Below are positions 28,508 through 42,426 of a DNA stretch of 64,000 nt, one piece after another. Under the pieces are notes generated by a model that made no database searches, was not told where the DNA came from, and saw only the letters and a list, made by a program, of their open reading frames with translations. A program made the position numbers and the translations under genes. The first letter of the stretch is position 1; every line of letters begins with the position of its first letter. The DNA comes from the human T2T-CHM13v2.0 reference genome, Homo sapiens, in assembly GCF_009914755.1 (NCBI RefSeq), contig NC_060944.1. One strand, given 5' to 3'.

Positions 28508-29495
28508 GGGAAGGAAAGGGAAAAGGGCTGGGAGGATTTGAAAGGCCGACCCAAAGTGGTAGTACATAGGTATTTAATTAAGAAATAAGCAGTAATAAAG
28601 AACAGTGAAAATGTTCAGATGTAGAGATCAAAGTATTTTAAATTTCCATCTCCCATTAGAAATCTAGACCTAGAGGAAATCCTCAGAACCATTTCGTTCA
28701 CTCCTAATTAAATATCCATTAAGAGAAAATTCATATCCTCTGTCTGCTTCAGACTGTTTAGTGTTTGAGTGGTCATTGTCCATTTTTCCCTAACATGAAA
28801 GTATCATTATTTATTTCCTTTAAGCACTTTCTTTTCTCTGCTAAGCTGGAGCTATAATCCCACATTGAATTTAAAAACCACTTCCTTTTTTGATCAGCTG
28901 CATCAATTTTTTAACCAGTCTATCCCCAGACATTTCTGTCTGCAAAACTTTGATCGTTTATGTAGGCTTACCTAATATATCAGTTTCCCCCTGAATATGT
29001 TTTAGATATAAGAAGAAAAATGAAGCTGAGTGTACTAATAAGAACCTGTTCACTGTGGCAAAAAGTTGAAAGATTGCATTCATTCTTGCCAGACATGCTC
29101 TTCACATAACCTAGGATCAAATGAACAAACTAGCAGTCTCATTACCAGGGTGTTTATAAAACTTGGGATCCACTCTGGCTCTTGGATCTTTCTCTGCTGT
29201 CTTTATGCAAAAGAAGGCACTCCTCATCTTGACTGATATAATATTCCCCCAAATTAGGGATCACCTTTCATTAATTAAGAGTGAAACATTGACTTAACTT
29301 TGTATATTCAGATTCCAGTTTACTTACAGGCATCCGTGAACTTCACGCTGAATTACCAATCCTATAACCCAAATCCTAAAGAAAAATGAAGGCTGATGTT
29401 ATTTTTACTGGAGGAATCGCTTTCTGTAGAACAATTACTTAATTTTGTGAGCACCCCTTTTCTCATTTTTCTGGAGTAAAGTACCTTTGCCATAC

Positions 29496-29789
29496 TTTTT
29501 TTGTGTGTGTGTGAGGCAGGGTCTTGCTTTGTCACCCATGCTGGAGTGCAGTGGTGTGATCATGATCACAGCCTCAATCTCCCAGGCTCAAGCAATCCTC
29601 TTGCCTCAGGCTCCCAAGTAGCTGGGACCATAAGGTACATGCCACTACACCAAGCTATTACTTTATTTTTTTAGCAACAGGGCCTTGCTTTGTTGCCCAG
29701 GCTGGTCTTGAATTCCTGGCCTCAAGCAATTTTCCTGCCTCAGCCTCCCAAAATGCTGGGATTATAGGCATGTGCTGCCATGCTTGGCT
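29496..29789 (-). mobile_element. AluJ
   Basis: Antisense Alu with 'cctggcctcaagcaat', (TG)/T tail. Confidence 0.92.
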
Positions 29790-29807
29790 TACTTTCTTCT
29801 TTCTTCA

Positions 29808-30018
29808 AGTCAAGACCAGTCTGGGCAATAAAGCAAGGCTCTGTTTCTACAAAAAATAAAATTAGCCAGGTGTGGTGGCATGTGCTTGTGATCCCAGCTA
29901 CTTAGGAGGCTGAGGCAAGAGGATCCCTTGCTCCTGGGAGGTAGAGGCTGTAGTGAGCTATGATCACACCACTGAACTCCAGTTTAGAAATGAGTGTCCT
30001 AAAGAAAAAAAATAAAAA
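29808..30018 (+). mobile_element. AluJ, 5'-truncated
   Basis: 'caagaccagtctgggcaa...aattagccaggtgtggtggcatgtgcttgtgatcccagctac...gaggctgtagtgagctatgatc' plus A tail. Confidence 0.9.
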
Positions 30019-30332
30019 TTTTTGCCTAAGGCAGAAAATAGACAATTAAAAGGATAATTGCAATTTCATAGAAAACATCCTGTAGTGGAGATTTATCTGG
30101 ATTTTTAACCAATGGTTTTAGTTATTAGAAAGAGTTAGAGAACCTGTCCTACTTAGTGTCAGGGTGGAAGCAGACACAGTGAAGAGGGAATGATTTCTGA
30201 ATTGTGTTTTTTAAAGAATAAATCAGGTATAGATAGCATAGTGAAGAAAACCCTTATGCAGTGGCATAAGGGTTAAAGAGATCATTCTTGTTTTTATTGT
30301 TAATGTGGTTGGCTACATCGTGAGAATTGTGT

Positions 30333-30633
30333 GTTTTTTGTTTTTTTTTTTTTAGATGGAGTCTCACTCTGTCACCCAGGCTGGAGTTCAATGGTGCAAT
30401 CTCTGCTCACTGCATCCTCTGCCTCCCGGATTCAAGCAATTCTCCTGCCTCAGCCTCCTAAGTAGCTGAGATTACAGGCACCTGCCACCACACCCAGCTA
30501 ATTTTTGTATTTTTAGTAGAGACGGGTTTCACCATGTTGTCCAGACTGCTCTTGGACTCCTGACCTCAGGTGATCCACCTGCCTTGACCTCCCAAAGTGC
30601 TGGGATTACAGGCATGAACCACTGTGCCCAGCC
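30333..30633 (-). mobile_element. AluSx-like
   Basis: Antisense Alu with 'cctgacctcaggtgatccacc'. Confidence 0.95.
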
Positions 30634-31610
30634 CACTGATAGAGTTTTGAATATTGGACCTCATTGCATTTCTGGAACAAATACCATTTGGCTGTGGTTC
30701 ATTATTCCTTTACTATCATTGTTCACTTATATGTTGATGGGTTTGGATTTTCTAATATTTTGTTGGGTTTTTTTTTTCTATCTTCATAAGAGATATTGGT
30801 ATGTAGGTTTCTTTTCTTAAATTGTCTTTGTCTGCTTTTGGTGTTGCAGTAATGCTGGCTAATACTGAGAAGTGTTTTTCCTCTTCTGTTTCCTGGAATA
30901 GAATTGGTGTCATTTTTTCCAAAATGTTTGTAGGATTTGCCAGTGACACTATTGGACCTGGAGACTTACTTGTGGGGATTTTAAACAATAGATTACAATT
31001 CCTTAACAGTTTAGGGCTTAATAGGCTATCTATTTCAGTTTGAATGAGTTTTGAACATTAGTGATTTTGAGGAATTGGTCCATTTCATCTGAGTTTCAAA
31101 TGTACGTATACAGAGTTGTTTGCAGTAGTTCTTCATCTTTTTAAAGCCTGTGGGTATTTGTAATGTATTTTCTCTTTTATTCTTGGTATTGGTAATTTAT
31201 ATCTTCCCCCTCTGTTTCTGTCATTTTTCTTAGAAATTTAGCCATCTTATTTTTTTTTTCAAACAGACAACTCTTTGGTTTGATTTTTTTTTTCTGTTTT
31301 TGAATTGTTTGTTAGTTTTCAATTTTACTAATTTTGTTATTTTCTTTATTATTTCCTCCTTTCTTTGAGTTTACTTTGCTCTTGTATGGCTAAGCAGTAG
31401 GAAGATTAGAAGGGAAAAATGATAAATTCATCTCTAGTTTGGTGGCATTTTAAATTCTAGTATTCTTTTCTAATCTGCCTGCTACTAATTATCCTTCAAA
31501 GTTCTCAATTCCATGTATGCTCCTCAGAGTTCTTGGCTGTGTTCAATGAGAGATACAAGTAGACTTTTATTTGCTACTCAAACACCATAAGTGGTGTTTC
31601 TGTTCATGAT
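30634..31610 (-). mobile_element. Old L1M fragment including ORF2 RT N-terminal region
   Basis: ORF 30752-30988(-) 'PTSKSPGP...TPILFQETEEE...ASITATPKADKD' resembles L1 'PTKKSPGPDG...ASITLIPKPDKD'. Confidence 0.8.
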
Positions 31611-31940
31611 GTGATTTTTCTAAACACTGAACAGACTAAGCCAAGTCACAGAGTACCTGAATTCACATGATAGGAACATTCCAATAAAAGATAGTATATA
31701 TTAAAACTATTTGCATTGTATATTTAACAGTTCAGTTCTAGACTCAGATAACTCCAAATAGGACTTTTGTCTGTTTAAATATTTTACAAGATAATAAAAA
31801 ATTATGAGAAAGTAGAACAATTTTTATTATGTATTATTTTCTTATGAAATTATTGTGAAAACTGACAGTACCCCACTAGATTCCAAAAAATGCCCCCTGT
31901 AGGGTAGAACTGGCCCATTGAAAAGCCCTGCTCTATATCA

Positions 31941-32137
31941 CTGCTGTCTAGAACTGTCTACAATGATGATGTTCTGTTTCTGTACCATCCAATAATATAG
32001 TAGCCACTAGCCACATTTTGCTGTTGATTATTTGAGATCTGCCTAGCATGTCTGAAGGACTAAATTTTTAATTTAATTTTAATTAATTTAAGTTTAAATG
32101 GCCTTATTTGGTTGGTGGCTTTTGTAACTGAAAGCAT
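31941..32137. mobile_element. MER3 (hAT-Charlie MITE)
   Basis: 'tagtagccactagccacat...ctaaatttttaatttaattttaattaatttaagtttaaatggcc'. Confidence 0.8.
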
Positions 32138-32952
32138 ATTTAGAGATATGAGGTGACATGTTTGAATAGCATAGAAGGCAGACAGAGGGAATAGCTATAG
32201 TAGATATAGGCAGAACATGGATTTTGGATACAAAAAGTACTAACCTGAGATCCTAGCATTGTCAATTCCAAGCTAATAAAGGTAAAGATAAATTGTGGAA
32301 ATGCTAAACTATCTTACAAATCTGAGCCATGACAGAAGGCCTTCTCAATTCTGTATTTTTGTAAATGTATCATTGACCTTAAACAGAATACTGTAACTTT
32401 GTCTTTATTAGTTAATGTCTTACTTAGCTGAGCACATCATTCATATCTGTTAATATGATTTTGAATCTTGAATGTGTCCTCCAAAGGATTAGCTATTCTT
32501 CTAGTTTTGTGTCAGGCATAAACTTAATACTTTCATTACTTAATGCTTTTATTCAAGAAGGTTATAAATTTGTTGAATTTGAAACAGACAGGAATATATT
32601 GTTTTGCAATAGCATCAGAAGCCTTCTTTCTTGAGGGCCCTGTTCCCTTGGACAATCCCAAATCTTCCATTTTTCATCTTGACCTCAAGGATGTCAAGGA
32701 ATTTATCACCGAATACTTTGTTGAAATAAAAATACACTAGCTCTAGACATAGACTGCTACTTCTGTTAAAAAAGAGAAATGAGATATATTTGGTAGGATT
32801 CGTTCCAAAGAGGTAAATATTATCCCAATTTTATAAATGAGAAAACTGAGACACAACAAGATTATTTTGTCTGCTTAAGGTAAAATAGCTAGGAAATAGT
32901 GGAACAGGATATAAAAATCACGAATACTTGACTCCAAAACCTGTGATATTTC

Positions 32953-33090
32953 TGTGATAGGCAGCCTTTAACATGGCCCCCAATGATCCAATTAATGGTG
33001 CCAATTAATGAATGATACCTCCTGGTATTCACAGTCTTGTGGGATCCCCTGTCCCTGAGTGACTTGCCTTAAAATAATAGAATATCATAA
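32953..33090 (+). mobile_element. MLT1E-like LTR 5' fragment between MIR pieces
   Basis: 'tgtgataggcagcctttaacatggcccccaatgatcc...cctcctggtattcac'. Confidence 0.65.
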
Positions 33091-33347
33091 CATAATCAGT
33101 TTAGATGCAGACATGCAAAGATGCATAGTCTAATTTGACACTTGAAAAAAAAACTGAGGTTCACAGGATTGTCAGAATTTACTCTTGTAATTAATTATAC
33201 CCAGTAGCTGAATTGGAATCAAATCTAGATTTTTACTTTTAGATTTTGCATTATAAAATAAAATGTAAAAAAGCCACCCAAACAAATAAATTAACAAATT
33301 GTTAGAAGGTGAATAGCCTTGCATTCCTCACCTTGGTAAAAAGATAG

Positions 33348-33709
<362 letters not shown>

Positions 33710-34146
33710 TGCTCTGCTAACTTTTATATTAACCACTTCCTTGCATTTCTTTATGGTTTTAGCACTCAAACAGTGCATCCCTAGACAGTATACTTTAGTA
33801 TTGCCTCTAAAAAATTTGTATCTTTTCTTGTACCTCCTTGATATCCTGTAGGTATATTCTATTAGAAGCCTTGCTGAATTTGGACAACAATCATTAAAAG
33901 TTCTATAATTGTCCTAAAAGTTGTCAAAATTTCAACTTCTAGTATTTAATCTCAAATAACTAATCATGAATATTTTTAAAACATTTAGTCTAAATTGTAC
34001 TTTCTATTTCTTAACAGTAAAAATTTGGAAATGGCTTAAAAGTTAAACAGAAAAATTGTAAAAATATTTATGATACACATAGTGTAATGTTGTGTAGCTA
34101 TAAAAAATTTTTTGTAAAAAAAGTGTTACTTAGATGTGTTCTTATA

Positions 34147-34210
34147 TATTCATGTACATATTAACTTATTCATGTACATATTATAACTTAACTTATTCAT
34201 GTACATATTA
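34147..34210. repeat. Three copies of tattcatgtacatatta
   Basis: Directly visible imperfect tandem repeat within AT-rich old L1-like sequence. Confidence 0.9.
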
Positions 34211-34909
34211 TATTTAAATTATGTGTGATGTATTTTTATTATGGCATTTCATTTACATATGATTTACGTATACTAAACTGACATATTATATATTTTTTTG
34301 CTTTACTTGTAAGTATAAGAGCATGTTACAAATAGCATATGTAGTGTGTTACTATTTTTGCTAAAAATTATATATATATAAAGATGGGAAGAAAATATAA
34401 GAAAATAATAATGTTTACTTGCATAAAATTCATTTCTTTAACTTTCTCTGTTCTGTGCTCATCTATTATTTTGCTAAATTTTTAAAGAGCTTATACTACT
34501 TCTGTAATTAGAAAAACATAGATTTATTAAAAAGTAATATATATGAAAAGAGAGACAATGAGCCTTGGTTTATATCTTGATGCTACTGCTCTAGCTTTTC
34601 ACTCTGTCACTGACATGAACCCCCAGCATTCTTTTTGAACAGAAAACAGCAAATACTTAGTTAAAACTAAAAATCAAGACTTTTATCCATGTAAGTAAAG
34701 TATAGCTTAATTTTAAACTTCCTGTATGCTGTGTGGGGAGAACAACTGTATACAACCCCCTATATTGAGCAAAGACACATGTGCATGCCCCTAACTACAT
34801 ACAGCTCTTTCTGCATCTGCTTCCTAATAGAATGCCCTAGCAACATCAATGACAAGTTATGCTTGAGGGCTTTCTCAATCATTTCAGAAATGTCTTCGGG
34901 ATGGAGTAG

Positions 34910-35245
<336 letters not shown>

Positions 35246-37723
35246 CCCATCAGACACTCTTGATGGGGATGCTTCAGGAGATAAATCTGGAGGTCAGTCT
35301 TAGGAGTACAATCTGTGATAAGCACTATGGCAAGAAATTGGAGCTTAAGCATTAGTTAAGAGGATCACTAGCAAGAGAAATGCAGGTGAATGTCATTGGC
35401 TTGCCAATTGGAAAGGCTAGACCAGCTTTTATTCTGAGTTGGGGGCCAGTTGGTAGGAAGGATGTGGCAAAGGCAAAGTGAGGGCGGGTGCCCCGGGGCT
35501 GGAGTAGAGCTACTCTCATGTTTGAGACTGTGTTCCCGAAAACTAAAAACGGCACTGAACTTCTGATAATCAGGCCAAACAAAATCAACTCAATGTGTCT
35601 GAAAGACTTTTCTAGGTGCACATTTCTGAATATCTACTTTTGTTTTTCAGCCCCCACCTTCTTTTAACTTATGACTCCTATTTTATATGTGGAAATTGGG
35701 CTGTCAATTGATGTGGTTAAAGAGAGAGAAAAAGAGAGAGACAGAAGAGAGGGGGAGAGGGAAAAAAACAGCTTTAGTTATATTAGAAATCTAGGCAGAA
35801 CTTCATTTTAACTGGTCCCTTCTACTTTTGTAGGCTAGATGTTTCTATAGTAACCCTCATGAAACTGTTCATCATACACAGATCTTATAGTCTATGACAA
35901 AATTTCTTTGGCTTTTTTTCTTTTTGGCTGGAGAGAGTAACCTATGAGCAACCTCAACACACAAGAATGAGAAGTTACTTCTGTTTTGATGTTTTTTTCC
36001 TAAATGATCTAAGCAAACAGGGCTATGGCAGAGAGCACATCTCACTAAGGCCAACTTGGTAGCAGGCCACCTTGATGCTATCAATTTTGCAATCCCAGCT
36101 GGTGTTCCTGTACAGTTTTAAGAGAAGGCTCTGTGCATGGCCCTTATGAACTCCCCACTGCTTGCTGAGGTGGATTAAAAGATGCAAACTCACTGAAATA
36201 CGCCAAAGAATATAATGGTCTCTACAGAAGATCTGGCTGTGTCATCCAACAAAAGGTTCCAGCTGTGGCAGCCGTGTGGAACAAAGGGAACTCTTGGCTT
36301 AATGTGGAGTGCATGCTTCTGACGTTCCAGTTCAGGCAAGAAATAAATAAAGCTATTACAAAGCCCTTGACCAGATGTGTCTGACATAGTCTGAAACGTG
36401 TTTGTACAGAAACTTCACTATCAACGTGGCTCCTTCTTATAGCAACAGACATCTGTTCCTGAAGGCTGATGGGGTGCAGTCCATAATCACAGTGAGGATC
36501 TGATCTAGCTGGCTTCACTGAGCTGCCTTTTCCCTGGCCACGGTTGTTCTCATTAATCTGCATAGTCTCAGTCATATGTGGGTCAATGATTTATTTAACA
36601 CAGAATCTAAATGCTTCTGTGTCATGGAATCAACATCTGTCCAATAGTCAAAGACTTGAAAATTTCTATTTGTTTTCCAGGAGCGATGGTATACATTCCC
36701 CATAGATAACTTGACTTTGTTATGCCTGGTCACAGTTTACATCTGTCTTTGACTTATATTGTTTTTAAGGTTGGCTATTGATCATTGTTTTCACATGAAT
36801 CCTTCATTACTCTAATTGGAACCATTTATAAATACATTCCTTGGACAGATGACAAAAGGATCCATGATGGACAACTTCTTATTCAAAACAGCTGCCCAAT
36901 ATGTAAATCAAAAGCTGTTAAAGATTGTATTGAGCTGAGAACAATTATGCAAGGTTCTAGCCTGTTGTGAATTAAAATGACTGCATTAGAGGTTAAAGGA
37001 TTTGTAAAGGGAATCTTTCTTTTCAAGAATGCCAGTTCAAATTCAGCTCAGGTCACCGACAAGTAATATCATGTGAAAATCATAAAACAAATCTATCCTC
37101 TCAGCTTTATTGTTAATAGAATGATAATGCCTTCAAAAGCTCTATTTACTGCAGTCAGTCCTTTGGTTGTCTTATCTGAAAACCCAAAGATTGAAAAGAC
37201 TTAACAAATTTAAGGAATTACTTAGAACTGTTCTTAAATTTCAGGCTAGAATTCAGAAACTTTCCATAATTTTAAGCACATTATAAGATAGTTCTTTTTA
37301 ACTTACTCTAGTACTATTTATACGCAGTTTCTTTTTTCCCTTTTCATCTGAAAAAAAGAGATAAAATGAAAGTCAAAACTGAGTTACTCTTTATAGAACT
37401 GTGGAAATAATAACTAATATTTATTACTCTTCGCTATTTGTCAATTATTATTCTAAGTGCTGCAACAGGTATTAGATCATGTAATCCTCATAATAATTTA
37501 AAGAGGTAAAAACTATTATTACTTTCATCTTAAAAAAAGTTAAGGCCAGCAAAATTAAATACATTTGGGTAAGGTCACAAAACCCATGTTCAAACCCAGA
37601 ATATCCAACTTAAGATTCTATACTGCTTTACTGTAATTTCTTCACAGAAGGCACATTGAAAGCCTCAGTCAAGTGAATTTACTCAGTCAAGGGAATTAAT
37701 GTTGGTTACCACTCCAAAATCTC

Positions 37724-37792
37724 AGATAGATACATAGATGATTGATAGGTAGATGGAAGATATAGATGATAGATAGATAGATAGATAGATGA
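37724..37792. repeat. (GATA)n-type tetranucleotide repeat, imperfect
   Basis: tagatagatagatagatagat run flanked by MIR-like pieces. Confidence 0.85.
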
Positions 37793-39951
37793 CATTAATA
37801 TTTATCGAAGGCTTTCATTGCCTCCAGTATCTACATTTTCTCATTTAGTACCTCAATTGTATAGATAAGTTTTATTAGCTCCATTTAAGATGGCTTTTAT
37901 TAGCCCCATTTATTTTAGCAGGAAGATGTTGGGACACAGCTACTAAGAGAAAGAGCTCAATGTTCAGTTCCTCTCACCTCATTCTAAACTGCATCGCAAG
38001 ACTGCAGCAAGTGTACTAAGCCTTTGGAAACAACTGGTGTCACTGTGTAACTCTCATTTCATATGTCAGTTACATACTTGGAATCAGTAGCTTGTGTAAG
38101 ACCCAAAGTCGGTTATTTTGAGACTCAAAACACTTAAATTTAGTTCAGAATGTGTTATCATTACTCTAAAGTTTTATGTTTAGTATGTCTGGTGGATGAG
38201 AGGGAGATAAAAGGGAATTTTGTCCAGGGTTCATTTCCAGTAGTAAGCTGAAGTAATGTCCGAATTATATTTATCTTGTGAGAGCCTAGGCTTGCAATAA
38301 TCATTTCATTTTCGCCCTCTCCCTCACAGCAGAAGGCAATGGGACAATGGGGAAGAACATAAGCATTGAAGTTGATGGAATGAAGAAAATGTTCTGAATT
38401 GATTTTTTAAGTGAATACATTTAATTTTATTAACTTGATTATGTAAGGCCACCATTACATTAGTCATACATGTAGCCTATTTATGTGCATAAAAAATTCT
38501 CTGATAAATATTTAATGCCAGCTGACAGAGTGCCTCAAGGATTCAAGGAAAGAAAAGAAATATTTCAACTACTTAAAAGAAAATATTCTATCTCTATTAT
38601 CCTTTCTTGTCTTTCCATTGAACACATTGAACCTCTCTTTCTTTTTCTGTTTTCAGTTCTCTTCCCCACTGATCATAATTCAATAGCCTAATTGAGTCCT
38701 GGCCTCTTGGCAACAAGAATTAGTTCTCTCAATTCTCTTTATAAATGATTACATTTCTGTTTTTCTCTCTTCCTAAAGACTGAGTTCTTAAGACTTAACT
38801 GTGTCTATTTATTTATTCTATGTTTTGGCAGTGCCTACTGTATGTCAAACACTAAATTTGCTAACAAGGAAGGTCAAAACACCTGCCTTCAAAGAGCTGA
38901 GTAGAGGAAGAAGATAGGAAGATGACATAAATAAAACAATGTCAAAATCTATTAAAATTTTGCCATTTTTGTTACTGAAGTGTAGGAGAGAGAAAGACCA
39001 TCTATATGGGAAGATCAGAAAAGGCATAGGAAAAGAGGTGGTCCTTAAGTTAAATATAAAGGAATTTACTGTACCAAGCATACAAGGAAGGGGAGGGTAT
39101 TCCAGACAGTCATAGTGAATGAGAAATGTCTTTTAGGGATAGATCTTCTTTTCCAAAAATCATAATTTGACTTCAAATATGCATGTAAGGAGGAGCTACA
39201 CAACTTTAAATATGCATTTGGAGAGACTGTTTCTGTAGTACTATTACAGTATAAGTATGCTGACTATAAAATACTTACAATCAGCTCTTAATCTTCAGTT
39301 TAAGGAGAGATTGAATAGTACTAATGAATTAAGTCTACTTTGTTTATTACTGCATAGATCTCTTTTTTTCTCACCTTCTAAAGTGACTATTAACTGAAGT
39401 ACTCAGCTTTTCAATTATGTCTGTATTGAGACAATGCTTTAATTACTATCTCAATCTATTTGTTAAATATGTGACAGGTAGCTTCTTATTGTTATACTAG
39501 TTTATTTTTGCATCCATTCCTATATTAGAAGCATCTTATCAGGAGAAAACATGCACAATACCTCCTTCTATTCTACACAAGGCCTTGGTTAGCTTATTTT
39601 AATCAAACATTTCCATTTAACTTGATACATACAATTTAAGAAAGAAGAAGGAAAGGTAAGCAAATTAGTGTTTATTGAGGACTTACTAGGTACCAGAGAG
39701 GCAGGCTAACTAAGCTACATTTAAATGGATGAAGCAGCGTGTAACATGGGATTTGGAGATGTACAAGTTGGTGTCAAGTCTTGTCTAGGAATTCTCTTCA
39801 CCTCTTGAGGCCTCAGATTTCAAATGTATAAAATGGGGATATGATAGTGTCTGATTTATGAGATTATGGCAAAGATCAAGGGAACCTATGTTACGGTACC
39901 TACATAAAGAAGATGTGCCTAAAAGCAAAATGGTGTTAATTCATAAACAGT

Positions 39952-40385
39952 TGTATCAGTCTACTATTTTCTCAACAATGCTACATAACAAAACAGACAA
40001 ACTTAGTGGCTTTCCACAATGAACACGAATTTTCTTTTCATTGGCTTTCCACAATGAAAATTGGCTTTCCACAATGAACACGAATTTTTTCAGGCCAGCA
40101 GGGAGTCCGCAAATTGCAGGCCGAGTTTGACTCAGAGTTTTGCTCAGAGCTATAGGCTGGGTATAGATCTGCCATGACTATTTCTCATCTTCCTTATCCC
40201 AGTCAGTGGCTTCTCATGGCAGAAGACAGAGCGGGAGAGCAAGCCTAAATGTATAGCACAATTCAAGCATCTGTTTAAGTCACATCTACGAACATCCATG
40301 GACCAACAGCTGAGCTGAAAGTCAAGCATGGGCATAAGGAAAAAAAAGCATATATTTGCTAAGAAATTATTCAATCTGCCATAAT
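39952..40385. mobile_element. Old MLT1 LTR with internal rearrangement
   Basis: 'tgtatcagtctacta...caatgctacataacaaaac...aaacttagtggctt' terminus; 'gtcacatctacgaacatccatggacc'. Confidence 0.75.
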
Positions 40386-41276
40386 GTTGGCTTATTAATC
40401 AGTTTTTAAAATTTGAACATATAATCAAAGTTATCTATAATAATGAATCACTTGAGTAGCTTTATAAAAAACTATAAAATTAACTATACAATTTGAAAGT
40501 TGCCTTAAAAAAGGAGGGCTCAAATAATCTATAACTGATTATGAAATCATACAAAGTTGAACAATTAATGTCAAAAGATACACAAATGATTATATAATGA
40601 ATAGTATATCCAATAAATAACTCACCATCTAAACCTTTATGTGTCAGGCTACATGAGAAACTTCTTAACTGTGTGTTTTGGAAAATCAGAAAGAGCAGAA
40701 AACATGTACTCAGTTTTCTGTGTGGTTATTAGAGGCCAATTGTTTTTCCATTTTTTCATTTAATATTCACAAGTTTATTGAGCCCTTTTGTATCAATTAG
40801 CTTTACCCAGGCATTTATTCATTCTCTCAAAGAGAAATTTATAAGGTGCCTACTGTATGCCAAGCTCTGTGTTAGTTATTGGAGAAACAACCGTTGACTT
40901 TAAACATCTTTCCAAATTGGAAACTTTTATTTCAGAGTATAAAATATAATTGATTTTTTAAATTCCACAAAGCCATGAAGGGCAAAGAACTTAGTTTGGA
41001 AAAGGTTGCCTACGACCTTGAACATGCCGCATGCATACATACTTACTAAGTTTCCAGGAGTACATCAAATGAGATCAAATGAGCAATCCTAGGTAGACAT
41101 CAAAGGCTTCAATTGTGTGCTTAAAGAGCAAGCCTTTCTTACATTTTGGGTACACAGACTTTTTAATTGGGTTTTTAATGAGATATTTCACTGGTTGAGA
41201 ATTATTCCAATTTTTTTGCTGCTAGTGAAAAAAGTTAATCAGCAGATATTTGTTAATTTTGAGGCCTTGTTCTCTT

Positions 41277-41590
41277 TTTTTGTTTGTTTTAGGTTTTGTT
41301 TTTGAGACGGAGTCCTGCTCTGTTGCCCAGGCTGGAGTGCAGTGGCACGATCTCAGCTCACTGTATGTAGCCTCTGCTTCCTGGGTTCAAGCAATTCTCC
41401 TGCCCCAGCCTCCCGAGTAGCTGGGACTACAGACATGCACCACCATGCCCAGGTAATTTTTTTTGTATTTTTAGTAGAGATGGGGTTTCACCATGTTGGC
41501 CAAGCTGGTCTTGATCTCCTGACCTCATGATCCGCCCGCCTCAGCCTCCCAAAGTGCTGGGATTACAGGCGTGAGCCACTGCGCCCAGCC
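41277..41590 (-). mobile_element. AluS
   Basis: Antisense Alu; perfect 16-bp TSD gaggccttgttctctt (41261-41276, 41591-41606). Confidence 0.95.
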
Positions 41591-42393
41591 GAGGCCTTGT
41601 TCTCTTCTGAAGCATTTCCACATACCTCACATTGAGTCTAGAGTCACTACACTTAGACATTCTGCAAACTGAGGGGGTTAAGAGTGGAATTCTGTTTCTG
41701 CTTTTCAGGATTATGGGCTGTGTGTAAAGACAATAAGGGTGATTCCGCTCCAAGTTATAGCACATTCTAAATTCTAAAGATGTTATGTGAGAGACTCAGT
41801 CCAACATGGCAAAGACACATAGAATTAAAGCATTGCTCCACTAAGTTCAAATTTAATGATTTCAATAACCACACTGAGATGCTTTCTACTAGTTTCTTTT
41901 TTTCCTTTTAAAGAGTTCGATACAGTTTCAGCTTTCTAGTGACAATTAGTGAAGGCACGGAAGTTGGCATCTTACCTCTAAGCCCTCTGTTGGTTTTTGT
42001 CTTAGCATCAACCTCTGAGCTACCTTTCAGAGAGAAAAGAATTGATACAGAGCATCTTTCGGAACTGTGATTAATGGTGTACCTTCATTATCCATCATTT
42101 TACCACCTTGAACCCACAACCTGGCTTTAATTGTACCCTATAAGAACACACCTCATGCTACAATTCTGCAAGTTTTACCAAAAAAGGACTATATTTCTGC
42201 TCTAATTACCATCACAACAGCTCCCATTATGGTTTGACCCTAGTAATTTAGTTATATTTATGCTGCTACAATGCACCAAATAGATAATAATGAATACTGA
42301 TGCAGACTAAGGTTGAAGCAAACTATAATTATACAGACCTAATGAAGTTACCAGAAAAGGCAGTATATAAAAAAACATGCTCAGATAAAGAAA

Positions 42394-42426
42394 ACACACA
42401 CACACACACGCACAGAGAGAGAGAGA
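42394..42426. repeat. (CA)n(GA)n microsatellite
   Basis: Direct inspection. Confidence 0.9.

Noticed and set aside
40007-40088. Short repeat-spacer patterns resembling a CRISPR array (also 34147-34210, 5821-5866)
   Set aside because: Only three irregular copies, no unique spacers of constant length, no cas genes, primate genomic context.
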